64,000 bases of DNA. It comes from Candidatus Latescibacterota bacterium (lineage in GTDB: Bacteria; Latescibacterota; UBA2968; UBA8231). The translations under genes and the position numbers were made by a program. The notes beneath the pieces are model-generated. The model was not told where the DNA came from. It did not search any database and saw only the letters and a program-made list of their open reading frames with translations. Numbering within the stretch: position 1 is the first letter of the stretch; every line of letters starts with the position of its first letter. Of this stretch, positions 31,313 through 40,886 are shown one piece after another. The stretch covers positions 3,616,001 through 3,680,000 of the forward strand of contig CBDFJF010000002.1 of the NCBI GenBank assembly GCA_965248265.1. Direction: 5' to 3'.

Positions 31313-33201
31313 TAGTCCATGAAGCGCCTGAACCACAACTCGGTGGTCACCAGTGACTGAATAACGGTGAATAGCGGAGCACCTCGATCGACAAAGCCGA
31401 TCAGGCGATCGACGCCTTTGCGGTCGATCAAACCGCGACTCGAAGTGCGTGGATCTCGCAACACGCCTTCATAGACGGCTCGGTACTGTGCATCCTTTCT
31501 GAAACGCCGGTTGAGGTCACCGTGATGCCCGCGGTCAAGCCGCCCACCGCTGATCTTGAACAGGGAGTACTGTCCCAGGGTCCGCAGAGCCAGTTTCTCT
31601 GAGAGCTGGTCCCTCAAGCGCTTTCCCTTTCGAAGAGGGCGGTCGGTCTTCGCCCAAGGAACCGATGCCGCCTCGGGGTAGCGCTGCTCGATCAGGGCAC
31701 GCAGAAAAGCGGCCTCTCCCTTGTACCGTGGAGGCAGGCGCAGGCAGAAGTCGACGAGGTCGTAGTCGAGCCCCGGATAGGCGTACTCGACGAACTGACG
31801 CTGCACGTTCGGCAGAGCGGCCGAGTATCGGTTGCTGCGGTTCTTCAATGAGAAGCGGTAGATGAAGCTGCTGATGTCGTCGTCAGGGGCCAGGTGCTGC
31901 ATTCCGGCCTCAATGCTGGCGAGATTGGCCTCTTCGTACTCTTGATAGAACTCCGGCAGAAACGCCGACTTGATGAAGAACGGTCGGGCCCGGCGCCAAA
32001 TACCGTTGATGATTCCCACCCTGTCCGAGGTCCGGTAGCGCTTGCCGCCCTGTGGCATGACCAGGAACGTATCCCCGAGCAAGACGTCGAGCAGGTAACC
32101 GTCGAGCAGTCGGTCGGCCAGTCCCTGGCGTTGAATCTCCTGCACCAGCGGCAGAAACCAGAACTGGTGGCAGTGAACATTACCGTCGCTGATCTCGAAT
32201 CCATCGTGTAGCGTCGCAGCGTCGTCGGTTGCCAGTGGATCGAAGGCGTGCCAGGCGGCATCATGTCGTTCACACAGCTGCCGAGCGTAGCGTGCCTCCC
32301 TCTCGTACCAGCTGCAATGCACGACGGGCAGTCCGGGTTGATTCTGCGAGGCCGCCGCAAGGAGAGTACGGGAATCCAAACCACCACTGAGCGGCACGCC
32401 GATCTTCTCGACGCCATCCATGCAACGGTCGACTGCCCCCTGCAGCAAACTTCCCCCCTCTTCCAGCAGTTGATCCCTGGGCGTATCACTCGATGAAACG
32501 AAATCAAAGTGATAGTCCCAGTACTGACGTTGCTGAAATCCGTTCGGCGACACCTCGATCACGCTGGCGTTGCCGACAAGGGTGATCCCTTCGAACAGTG
32601 ACCGTGTGCCACTGACATAGGCGAAATTGAACAGGTCGCACAAGGCGATGCGGTCCGCCCGAATCACGTACCCCTCGGTCGCGACCAGGGCTTTGACCTC
32701 GGTAGCAAAGGCCAGCATGTCATCCGTGCGCCGGATGTAGAGATGCCGGGCACCGTTGCGGCAGTTGAACAGCTTCAGCAACCTGCTGTCTTCATCATAG
32801 AGACAAATGTTGAACAGCCCCTTGAGCTCAGAGACCAGGTCATCGCTCCGGCTTTGGTAGGACGCACGCACCAGCTCCTCATCACGCCAGGAGCCGTCGA
32901 CAGAACCAGAACTCCCAAGTCGTGCAGCGATCTCCCGGCCATTGGTCAGGTACCCGTCGATGACGACCCTTATTCGCTCCGAGCCAGCGGACCTGTCACC
33001 GTCTGTGGTCTTGGCTTGACAGCATTCCGTCGTCGGTGCAAAGCGATAGTGGGTCACGCCAAAATGCTCGTCGGCGAAGGAAGTGCTGGTGTGCGGGTGA
33101 CGTACCTGGATGGTCGCGGTCATGGCCCCGACCGCCTCGCCGACGCGCTCCACGCTCCTGGGTGAGTGAAAATAGCAGCCGTAAAGTCCAGGCATCCTCA
33201 T
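31312..33201 (-). CDS. Asparagine synthetase-related ATP-dependent amide ligase with degenerate glutaminase domain
   Basis: Ntn-like N-domain (DGYLTN, LKGLF, FATEVKAL) and synthetase PP-loop PLSGGLDSR; N-terminus is MPGLYG, not MCG. Confidence 0.8.
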   Translation of the reverse strand: MRMPGLYGCYFHSPRSVERVGEAVGAMTATIQVRHPHTSTSFADEHFGVTHYRFAPTTECCQAKTTDGDRSAGSERIRVVIDGYLTNGREIAARLGSSGSVDGSWRDEELVRASYQSRSDDLVSELKGLFNICLYDEDSRLLKLFNCRNGARHLYIRRTDDMLAFATEVKALVATEGYVIRADRIALCDLFNFAYVSGTRSLFEGITLVGNASVIEVSPNGFQQRQYWDYHFDFVSSSDTPRDQLLEEGGSLLQGAVDRCMDGVEKIGVPLSGGLDSRTLLAAASQNQPGLPVVHCSWYEREARYARQLCERHDAAWHAFDPLATDDAATLHDGFEISDGNVHCHQFWFLPLVQEIQRQGLADRLLDGYLLDVLLGDTFLVMPQGGKRYRTSDRVGIINGIWRRARPFFIKSAFLPEFYQEYEEANLASIEAGMQHLAPDDDISSFIYRFSLKNRSNRYSAALPNVQRQFVEYAYPGLDYDLVDFCLRLPPRYKGEAAFLRALIEQRYPEAASVPWAKTDRPLRKGKRLRDQLSEKLALRTLGQYSLFKISGGRLDRGHHGDLNRRFRKDAQYRAVYEGVLRDPRTSSRGLIDRKGVDRLIGFVDRGAPLFTVIQSLVTTELWFRRFMD

Positions 33202-34028
33202 CCGGCTCCGATGAACTCATTCCACAGCGATGCCAGATCAGCTCCGCTCAGAACCGTTCTCCTGAGTCCGCGCACTCGTACCTGCCGTCGGCGTCGGCGG
33301 CGCAGCAAGCGCTTGAGAGGAACGCGCCAGGAGTATCTGAAGTAGTATTCCACTTCGAGAACAACGGGAGTGCTCAACGACAGGGCACTGATTTCTCCGA
33401 TTCTTCCCAGGCTCTGGCGCACTCCGCTCTCGATCGCGGTGCAGGCTTCAGTCGCCGGCATGCTCAGGCAGGACTGGCGTGACAGCCCCTGCTTGACCGC
33501 GACCGTCGTGACCTGCGGCAGCCAGTCTTCGGCCTCTGCCACGGCGGCATCGTCGCCGCTGACGAAAACTGAGGGAACGCCGAAACTGGATGCCATGCCC
33601 GCAACCAGCGCGATCTCCCCTGCATCGCGGCCATTGATCGCAACCCGCTTGATACGCTGCCGGCTGTAGGTGTGACACAGGTGACCTGCTGGCGTGGCCA
33701 CCATCGCATGCTGCCCGACCATGACTACGGCCGCGAAGCCATCATCCAACATCGGCAACCACGAAGTCCGGCCTTTGCCATGGATGACGCGTGCCGGAGG
33801 ATCCAACAGATCCATGGGGAGCGATTCTCCACTGCTGTGATTGTCCAGTACGACGACCTCCTCGGCTCCGGCGCTCACGGCGCCGCGCACGGCCGCATTC
33901 ACCTCACCTGCCCACAAGCGCAGAAAACGATTCCGGCGCTCAACATCCCCTGGAATGTCAGGAGAGAACACGTCGAAACCGCTGACACCGCTGACGCCTT
34001 CGAGATCGGCTACGACATAGACCTTCAC
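33198..34028 (-). CDS. M55-family metallopeptidase (D-aminopeptidase DppA-like)
   Basis: MKVYVVADLEGVSGV, EVNAA, LDNH, GQHA, HT, GEI, FVSGDD, VAVK; the Zn-ligand pattern D-x-E/H/H/E is present. Confidence 0.9.
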   Translation of the reverse strand: MKVYVVADLEGVSGVSGFDVFSPDIPGDVERRNRFLRLWAGEVNAAVRGAVSAGAEEVVVLDNHSSGESLPMDLLDPPARVIHGKGRTSWLPMLDDGFAAVVMVGQHAMVATPAGHLCHTYSRQRIKRVAINGRDAGEIALVAGMASSFGVPSVFVSGDDAAVAEAEDWLPQVTTVAVKQGLSRQSCLSMPATEACTAIESGVRQSLGRIGEISALSLSTPVVLEVEYYFRYSWRVPLKRLLRRRRRRQVRVRGLRRTVLSGADLASLWNEFIGAG

Positions 34029-34999
34029 GACGACGCCGGCTCGCCTTCAGGAGGATAGGTGTGTCCGTACCATTCCGTGAACTGGGAATAGGTCGGAGAC
34101 CAGCAATCGTCGCTCAGTTCAGCGACGAAGGAGATGAAACGTTCGAACTGGATCGGTTCGATATCCTTGGGGTCGAGGTAAATGTTGGTGATGGCACCAA
34201 ATTCCACAGCGCGGAGGAGCCGGTCCTGCAACAGGTCGAAAAAATCGTCGCGGTGCCAACCTCCTCTGGCATACTTTGCGTGCCAGGTGTCGAGGGAGGC
34301 AAAGGGATGCTGCGGACAGGTGGTAACGGGAATCTCCAGGACTCCCCCTTTCCATACAGGCAGTCCGAATTGCTCACCCCGGGCCGCCAACATGGAAGTA
34401 GAATATTTCAGTTGCTCGGATTCGAGAATGTCGTACAGATCCGCTGGATCAACGTTGCCGAAGTGGGGGGCACGAAACCCGCGAGCCTGTTGTCCAAGCA
34501 CTTCGAGGATGACGCGCTGACATTCAACCACCTCGTGTGCTTTCTCCTCCAGCGTCAACTCGCTCCAGCGTCTCTCTGTCAGATCATCTCGCACTGACAC
34601 GAACCGACCTGGGGCATTGACCAACTCCGGATGCGAGAACGAGTGGTTGAGTATCTCCTGATCATGTTCGAGTATCACACGATGTTCATCCGGATAGTCC
34701 GCCACCCACCTGCCGATACAGGCAAAACTGCCGCCTACCTCGTAGTCATGCATTAGTTCCAGCAGAGCGGGTAAAGCGAACACGTCTTCCGGAAAGTCGC
34801 AGTCGAATGACAGCAGCAGGCAGGAAGCACGGCCGTTCCAGCTGATACCGCTGTCCCGAAATGCACGATCCATCGTCGTGGCGAGCGGCCTGGCGACGAC
34901 CTGCCCCAGGAGTTGTACCGGGCGCGAACGCGATGCGAGCACTCTGTGCAGGATACGATCGATTACCATGCGACCGGGCTCACGCTCCTCGCTCTTCAA
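34025..34999 (-). CDS. Polysaccharide deacetylase (NodB/CE4-like)
   Basis: LSFDCD, EILNHSFSHP, GFRAPHF, YSTS, LEIPVT. Confidence 0.85.
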   Translation of the reverse strand: MKSEEREPGRMVIDRILHRVLASRSRPVQLLGQVVARPLATTMDRAFRDSGISWNGRASCLLLSFDCDFPEDVFALPALLELMHDYEVGGSFACIGRWVADYPDEHRVILEHDQEILNHSFSHPELVNAPGRFVSVRDDLTERRWSELTLEEKAHEVVECQRVILEVLGQQARGFRAPHFGNVDPADLYDILESEQLKYSTSMLAARGEQFGLPVWKGGVLEIPVTTCPQHPFASLDTWHAKYARGGWHRDDFFDLLQDRLLRAVEFGAITNIYLDPKDIEPIQFERFISFVAELSDDCWSPTYSQFTEWYGHTYPPEGEPASS

Positions 35000-36909
35000 T
35001 CCACTTCACTCAGAGGAGTGTCTGGCTGAAGTGGATCTCCATCGTCTAGGTACATACGGCACCACAACTCAAGACACATCAAACTCCAGACCTGTTGCGC
35101 CTGTCGCGATCCGAAATGTTTCCAGTGTTCCAGCAAGCCGGACACGTACGCCGGCTCGAACCACCCACGGTGGCGCACACTCTGCGGGGACAGAATGCGT
35201 CGGATATCGTCTTCGATTCCAGAACGGGTCCAGTAGGCGAACGGAACAGCCAGGCCCTGCTTGGTCCGCGACACGATCTGCTGCGGGACATATTTGCCCA
35301 GTGCCCGCTTCAACAGCCACTTCTCGTTGCCGCCTCGAATTTTCAATCGATGACTGACCGACAAGGCGAGCTCTGAAACCCGATGATCAAGAAAGGGTGT
35401 GCGCCCCTCCAGCGATACGGCCATCGTCATGCGATCTGTGCGGGCCAACATGCACTCTGGGAGTCGCAGCTTGGCATCGCACAGGAGCATCCTGTCCATG
35501 TCGCTGCCATTGCCTCGTCCGGCAACACGAGAATACAGTTCGACAGCTGCCCCGGACCTGCTCAAATCGCGAAACTCGGCTGCGTACAGGCGCTCTCGTT
35601 CCCCATCATCGAACGAACTCACCCAGCGAACCAGTCGTTCGGGAAAGCTGACCTGCCCCATCTCACTGGCTCGAAGGAAGTTCTCTCCGAGCAGGCGCTG
35701 CGGCAGCATCGCTGTGACGGAGTGTGCAAACCGGCGGATAGACAACGGCACCTTCGCGTATCGCTGGAAATAGCGATCGGTGCGAAACCGGGTGTATCCG
35801 CCGAACAGCTCATCAGCCCCTTCGCCCGTCAGCACGACCTTCACGTGACGGCGGGCCAGTTGGGAAACCTCGTAGGTCGGCACGATAATGGGATCGGCAA
35901 AGGGTTCGTCGAAATGGTGCAGCAGACGTGGCAACGCCTGGACACTGCTCGCCGTGCAATCCACTTCGTAGTGCTCGGTGTCGTGAGCTTCAGCGACCTG
36001 GCGCGCGAACCCTGTCTCATCTACCCGCTCCTCCTCGCTGAAGCCGATAGAGAACGTCTTCACTGGTTGCTCAGAGACGCTGCGCATCAGTCCGACGATC
36101 GCACTCGAATCCAGGCCGCCACTCAGAAACGCTCCCAGGGGAACTTCGCTCATCAACCGCATGCGCACGGCATCCCTGAGAAGATCTTGCAGTTGCGCCT
36201 CGATCTCATCAGTGGAACCGAGATCTTGTGGTTGCGGCTGCCAGTACTCGTCGATCACCGGGGCATCGCCGCTCAGAGAGAACCTCAAACGATGTCCCGG
36301 AAGAAGCTTTCCAATCCCCTCGAACATGGTCGTATCGGCCGGCAGATATCTCAGACTGAGGAAGAGGTCGAGTCCGCGGGTGTTCAGCTTCTTCGGAATC
36401 ATGTCCACGGCAAGTATCGATTTGAGCTCCGAGCCGAATATCAGCGTGCCCTCGTGAATCCCGTAGTACAACGGCTTGATTCCCATCCGGTCCCGCGCCA
36501 GCATGGCAATCTGCGCCCGTCGATCCCAGATCGCGAACGCAAACATGCCGTTGAGATGATCCACACAGGCCTCTCCGTACTCTTCATACAGATGAGCAAT
36601 GACCTCGGTGTCGGACGAAGTGCTGAAGGAGTGTCCTCGCTGTTCCAGACCTGATCTCAACTCCGAGTGGTTGTAGATCTCGCCGTTGAAAACGACGCCG
36701 ACAGATCCGTCCTCGTTGTAGATCGGCTGGTGGCCACCTGCCAGGTCGATAATGCTGAGACGGACGTTGAACAACCCGACTCCCGCCTCAACATGGTACC
36801 CCACGTCGTCGGGTCCTCGGTGACGCAGGACATGGGCCATGCGCTCAAGGAGATCCCTACCGCTTTCGGGTGCTATGTGCGCGCCGATGATGCCGCCGAT
36901 TCCACACAT
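34996..36909 (-). CDS. asnB: Glutamine-dependent amidotransferase, AsnB family (probably sugar amidation)
   Basis: MCGIGG, HRGPD, RLSIID, FNGEIYN, RDRMGIKPLY, FLSGGLDS, LTGEGADELFGGY, PFLDH. Confidence 0.92.
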   Translation of the reverse strand: MCGIGGIIGAHIAPESGRDLLERMAHVLRHRGPDDVGYHVEAGVGLFNVRLSIIDLAGGHQPIYNEDGSVGVVFNGEIYNHSELRSGLEQRGHSFSTSSDTEVIAHLYEEYGEACVDHLNGMFAFAIWDRRAQIAMLARDRMGIKPLYYGIHEGTLIFGSELKSILAVDMIPKKLNTRGLDLFLSLRYLPADTTMFEGIGKLLPGHRLRFSLSGDAPVIDEYWQPQPQDLGSTDEIEAQLQDLLRDAVRMRLMSEVPLGAFLSGGLDSSAIVGLMRSVSEQPVKTFSIGFSEEERVDETGFARQVAEAHDTEHYEVDCTASSVQALPRLLHHFDEPFADPIIVPTYEVSQLARRHVKVVLTGEGADELFGGYTRFRTDRYFQRYAKVPLSIRRFAHSVTAMLPQRLLGENFLRASEMGQVSFPERLVRWVSSFDDGERERLYAAEFRDLSRSGAAVELYSRVAGRGNGSDMDRMLLCDAKLRLPECMLARTDRMTMAVSLEGRTPFLDHRVSELALSVSHRLKIRGGNEKWLLKRALGKYVPQQIVSRTKQGLAVPFAYWTRSGIEDDIRRILSPQSVRHRGWFEPAYVSGLLEHWKHFGSRQAQQVWSLMCLELWCRMYLDDGDPLQPDTPLSEVD

Positions 36910-36963
36910 GCTATGAGACCCTTTCACTGTGGCCGGAATTGGCGCCTGCCATGCACGTGGTGC

Positions 36964-38841
36964 TCACGCGTCGCCACGCTTGCGCAGCGAAAACAAGGCA
37001 TAGTAGCGGTCGTGGTACTCCAATTTGAGGAATCGCTTCCTGAACTCTTCGTGCAGAGGATCCTGGAAGTACTGCGGGTATCCGAGCCGTTGTCGGGACC
37101 CAGGGATATTGATCATCCGGGCGATGTGAGTGATCTCCAATTCTTGCAAATTGAGAAAGAGGCTCTGGGCATCCTGCCCGTCATAGGAGAGAACCGATTG
37201 ATGAGGGTGATCCCATAAGTATTCCCGATCGCAATAGTAGCCCTTGACGATCCCCTGAAGGAGCACGGTGGCGGTTTCGGGCAGGTTGTTGTTGATGTGC
37301 TGAAAAAGGCGGTAGTTGCTCTCATTGGTGCTGAGGAAATCATCTCTTGACTGAGAGCCAAAGACGACATCCGAAAACGCACTCGCGTGCAGATAACTCC
37401 CTGTCATATTCAAGACACACGAGGCCACGAATACAACCTTGAACAGGGCGCCCACGACTCGGATCCTATGGGAGGCCAGATGCTCTGCCACCAGGCCGCA
37501 CAAAACAGCCGCAAAGGCCAGCAGAGCGATACCATATCGAGGATTCATGTGCAGGAAGCGAATCAGAATCAGGTAATAGACGCAACAGAAACCGAGGAGG
37601 ACCATGACCCTTCTATCACGAGCGCACAGCACCAGGCCTGGTAATAGAGCCAGGAAGTAGCCCCCTACCGCGCGCTGAAGCGATGGCGGCTCGAAGGTCC
37701 ATCTCCACAGAGACAGAGAATGCCAATGTGATTGGAGCCATTCTACCGGCAGGAAGAGCGCGGAGAGGTAGTTCCCGACCGTAGATTGTTTCGGCCCGCC
37801 TGCCAGTAACCTGGGCGCGGTTCTGAACGGCTCCCCGTCGAAAAAACCATTCGCGAGGGGCCACACCGGATTGCTGGCAAAATAGAGTGCCCTCGCGTAC
37901 CACGGGGCGATCAGCAAACACGACAGACCCGTATACACACCAAGATCGACCATGCCTTGGCGAACGCCGTGCGTGCGGATGCCGACGAATCCGACCACGG
38001 CTGCACCCATCATCAAGGTTACCAGCCCCTGATGCTTGACCCCCATCGCCAACCCAGTCAGGATGGCAGCCAGCACGAGAGCACCGTGGGTCCGCGAACG
38101 CGTCCAGCGCAGGACCGCCCACAGGGCACAGAACTGAAAAAAACACAATCCCAGATCGACGTAGGCCTGCCTTCCGAATCCCACGACCAACGGAACGAAA
38201 CTGAAGATGGAGGCCGCCCACACACCCGCCTTCGCGCAAAAGAAGCTGCGGCCGAACCCAACGATGGCGACGCATGTCAGAACGGCCATCGTCAGGTGTA
38301 TCGTCTGCGCCACGGTGCCGTTGCCGAGGGCGATAGCGACTGCGTAGAGCAAGCCCATGTTGTTAGGATAGAGCGTGCCGTTGACAGTCGGCGCGAAACT
38401 CAATGCGTGCTCACGCAGGAAAATCTTCGGCAACGCGAGGTGGTACGCCAGCGGGTCCGTGGCGCCATGCGGGGGCGCCAATGCACCAACCCAATTCAGA
38501 ATCATCGCCAACATGGCGACGACGATGACCCAGAAATAGACAGAGGACGAAAAGACAGGCTGGGTCTTCAGCCAGGAAATGAACTCCAGCAAGGCTCGAT
38601 AGAATACCGGGACTCCGGTTACAAACCAGAGAATCGTCGCGGCGGCCACGACCTGCGGGTACAACAGCGACGACAACCCCAACATCAATATGATGAGGAT
38701 CAGCGCCCCGAATCCTAGAGCCACTGAGAAACAACCGGCTTCCAATCGATCACTGCTGCCCTTGTCGATCAAGCCCAGCAGACGCGAACCTGCGCCAAAG
38801 GCGCCGACCACCAGCAACAGTGTGATAATGGTCTCCGTCAC
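36964..38841 (-). CDS. Polytopic GT-C-like membrane glycosyltransferase
   Basis: Many TM segments, APPHGATDPLAYHLALPK loop, AYVDL, GLAMGVKH, APWY, NPVWP, NPRY; GTG start after a purine-rich RBS. Confidence 0.72.
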   Translation of the reverse strand: MTETIITLLLVVGAFGAGSRLLGLIDKGSSDRLEAGCFSVALGFGALILIILMLGLSSLLYPQVVAAATILWFVTGVPVFYRALLEFISWLKTQPVFSSSVYFWVIVVAMLAMILNWVGALAPPHGATDPLAYHLALPKIFLREHALSFAPTVNGTLYPNNMGLLYAVAIALGNGTVAQTIHLTMAVLTCVAIVGFGRSFFCAKAGVWAASIFSFVPLVVGFGRQAYVDLGLCFFQFCALWAVLRWTRSRTHGALVLAAILTGLAMGVKHQGLVTLMMGAAVVGFVGIRTHGVRQGMVDLGVYTGLSCLLIAPWYARALYFASNPVWPLANGFFDGEPFRTAPRLLAGGPKQSTVGNYLSALFLPVEWLQSHWHSLSLWRWTFEPPSLQRAVGGYFLALLPGLVLCARDRRVMVLLGFCCVYYLILIRFLHMNPRYGIALLAFAAVLCGLVAEHLASHRIRVVGALFKVVFVASCVLNMTGSYLHASAFSDVVFGSQSRDDFLSTNESNYRLFQHINNNLPETATVLLQGIVKGYYCDREYLWDHPHQSVLSYDGQDAQSLFLNLQELEITHIARMINIPGSRQRLGYPQYFQDPLHEEFRKRFLKLEYHDRYYALFSLRKRGDA

Positions 38842-38990
38842 GCTTCCCCTCCCCTCACCCAACTCCAGATCAACGCGAAAAACCCCATCTCTGCGTAGAA
38901 CAGATACAGAATAGCGATGCTCCAAAGCAAGACGGTGACGCTGGCTGTAAAACTCGCCATCTGGCGACCCGACGGAGGCATACTTGTCAC
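38838..38990 (-). CDS. Small (50 aa) membrane protein
   Basis: Its GTG start overlaps the asnB stop and its stop overlaps the next start (GTGA at both ends); hydrophobic FTASVTVLLWSIAILYLFY..FFALIWSW. Confidence 0.6.
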   Translation of the reverse strand: MTSMPPSGRQMASFTASVTVLLWSIAILYLFYAEMGFFALIWSWVRGGEA

Positions 38991-40870
38991 CCCTTGTCCG
39001 TCTGCTGGAGCCACATCTCCAGCACCAGCAACGCCCACAGCTGTTGGCTGTAGTCCCGTTTACCCGACATATGTCCGCTCACCATCATGGCTACGTATGC
39101 AGGGTTGAAAAGTCCCCTCTCCTTGAAGGTCTGTCCCAGAAGCAGATCTTCCATCCAGGGTCGCAACTCGTTCTTCAACCAGCTAGCAACGGGGACTGCA
39201 AACCCGTGCTTTCGGCGGTCGACGATGCTATCGGGCAGGTATCGGCGAGCAACGCTTCGCAACAGGTTCTTTCCACTCAAGCCGGTGAATTTTCGCTTGC
39301 GCGGAATTGTTGACATGAATTCAACCACGTCCTTATCCAGGAATGGCGCTCGCACTTCCAGGGAACACGCCATGCTCATGCGATCGACCTTGGTGAGGAT
39401 GTCATCGGGCAGGTAGGTCATCAGATCCAGCCACAGCATCGCTTGCGACCCGGCATGCTGTTGGCGCTCGTAGTAATCCTGGTAACTCGGCTTGAGATCC
39501 ACGCTCAACGAGGATCGGAATCCCGCATCGTAAAGCTGGCTCTTCTCATCTTCGGTGAAAAAGAAGGCCCAGCTTGTCGAAGGACTCTCACCCACCTTCT
39601 GCGCGAACTCCATGAAGCGGCGGACCTTCTTCCTCTTGCTGGCCCCGTAATACCCTGCTGGTTCGCCGATATGGCCCATGACAGACTCGAAACAGCGACG
39701 CCCCAGCCACGGCGGCCAACCGTTGTACAGGTTGACCCATTGTCGTGCCCGATAACGCCGGTATCCCCCGAACACTTCGTCTGCCCCATCGCCGCTTAGC
39801 GCGACCGTGACATGCTCTCGGGTCACTTTCGAAAGCTGGTACATCGGAATCGCTGAGGAATCCGCGAACGGTTCCCCGAAATGCCGGAGCATGGAGGGCA
39901 ATACCTGCTGGGCATCGTAGGTCACCCTCACCTCCGAGTGCTCCGTGTCGAGTTGATCCGCCACCTGGCGCGCGTACTGCAGCTCGTCGTACGAGGAGTC
40001 TTCGAAGCCAACGGACACGGTGCGAATGCGCTCGCCAGACATCTTCCTCATCAGCGCGACAACGAGGCTGGAATCGAGACCACCGCTGAGAAAAGCCCCC
40101 AACGGTACGTCAGCCACCAATCGCTTCTCCACGGCTTGCTGCAGCAATGCGTCGACGGCGTCCTCGGCATCTCCCCCATCCATTTCCCGTGGGACATACT
40201 CGACAGACCAGTAGCGAGTGCTCTCCAACCGGCCATTGCGATACAACGCCCAAGATCCAGCAGGGAGCTTTTTTGCTCCTTGATAAATTGTTCTTGGATG
40301 TGGGACGAACAAATAAGAGAGGTACTCGTCGATCGCGTTGTGATCGAGCGTGTCATCGACTGCTGGATCGCACAGCAAGGCTTGCAGCTCAGACCCGAAC
40401 GTCAACCCCTCGCCGGTCACAGCATAATACAGCGGCTTCTTGCCAACGGGGTCGCGGGCGAGGAAGAGTGTGCGCTCCCGGGTATTCCAGATGGCCACCG
40501 CAAACATACCCTGTAGCTGCCCTAGACACTTCGCACCCATTTCTTCAAAAAGATGGAGAACAACCTCTGTGTCGGAGGCGCTCTCAAGAGTGTGCCCACG
40601 ACTCAACAGTTGCTTGCGTAGCTCGCGATAGTTGTAAATCTCACCGTTGAAGACAATCCACAGGGTTCGGTCTTCATTGCACATCGGTTGATGCCCGCCG
40701 GCCAAATCGATGACTTTGAGCCGCCGCATACAGAGTCCCGCCTGACCCGAGGCAAAAAATCCCTCATCGTCGGGGCCCCGGTGAGCGATGCTCGCACACA
40801 TGCTCCGCAGCAACGCCTCGTCGACTTCGCACTCGGCGTTCGAATGAACCTTCCCAGCAATGCCACACAC
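38987..40870 (-). CDS. asnB: Glutamine-dependent amidotransferase, AsnB family, second copy
   Basis: (M)CGIAG after an AAGGAGG RBS, HRGPD, FNGEIYN, RDPVGKKPLY, FLSGGLDS, LSGDGADEVFGGY, KVDRMSMACSLEVRAPFLD. Confidence 0.92.
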   Translation of the reverse strand: MCGIAGKVHSNAECEVDEALLRSMCASIAHRGPDDEGFFASGQAGLCMRRLKVIDLAGGHQPMCNEDRTLWIVFNGEIYNYRELRKQLLSRGHTLESASDTEVVLHLFEEMGAKCLGQLQGMFAVAIWNTRERTLFLARDPVGKKPLYYAVTGEGLTFGSELQALLCDPAVDDTLDHNAIDEYLSYLFVPHPRTIYQGAKKLPAGSWALYRNGRLESTRYWSVEYVPREMDGGDAEDAVDALLQQAVEKRLVADVPLGAFLSGGLDSSLVVALMRKMSGERIRTVSVGFEDSSYDELQYARQVADQLDTEHSEVRVTYDAQQVLPSMLRHFGEPFADSSAIPMYQLSKVTREHVTVALSGDGADEVFGGYRRYRARQWVNLYNGWPPWLGRRCFESVMGHIGEPAGYYGASKRKKVRRFMEFAQKVGESPSTSWAFFFTEDEKSQLYDAGFRSSLSVDLKPSYQDYYERQQHAGSQAMLWLDLMTYLPDDILTKVDRMSMACSLEVRAPFLDKDVVEFMSTIPRKRKFTGLSGKNLLRSVARRYLPDSIVDRRKHGFAVPVASWLKNELRPWMEDLLLGQTFKERGLFNPAYVAMMVSGHMSGKRDYSQQLWALLVLEMWLQQTDKG

Positions 40871-40886
40871 CGCCGACGCAGCCTCC

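Noticed and set aside
31312-33201. Cys-less AsnB as a lasso peptide cyclase
   Set aside because: No precursor peptide, RRE/PqqD or leader peptidase gene nearby; the context is glycan tailoring.
35383-36654. Long plus-strand ORFs such as 423 aa here, 340 aa at 15493 and 311 aa at 61864
   Set aside because: Antisense shadows of well-supported minus-strand genes in GC-rich DNA, with no motifs.
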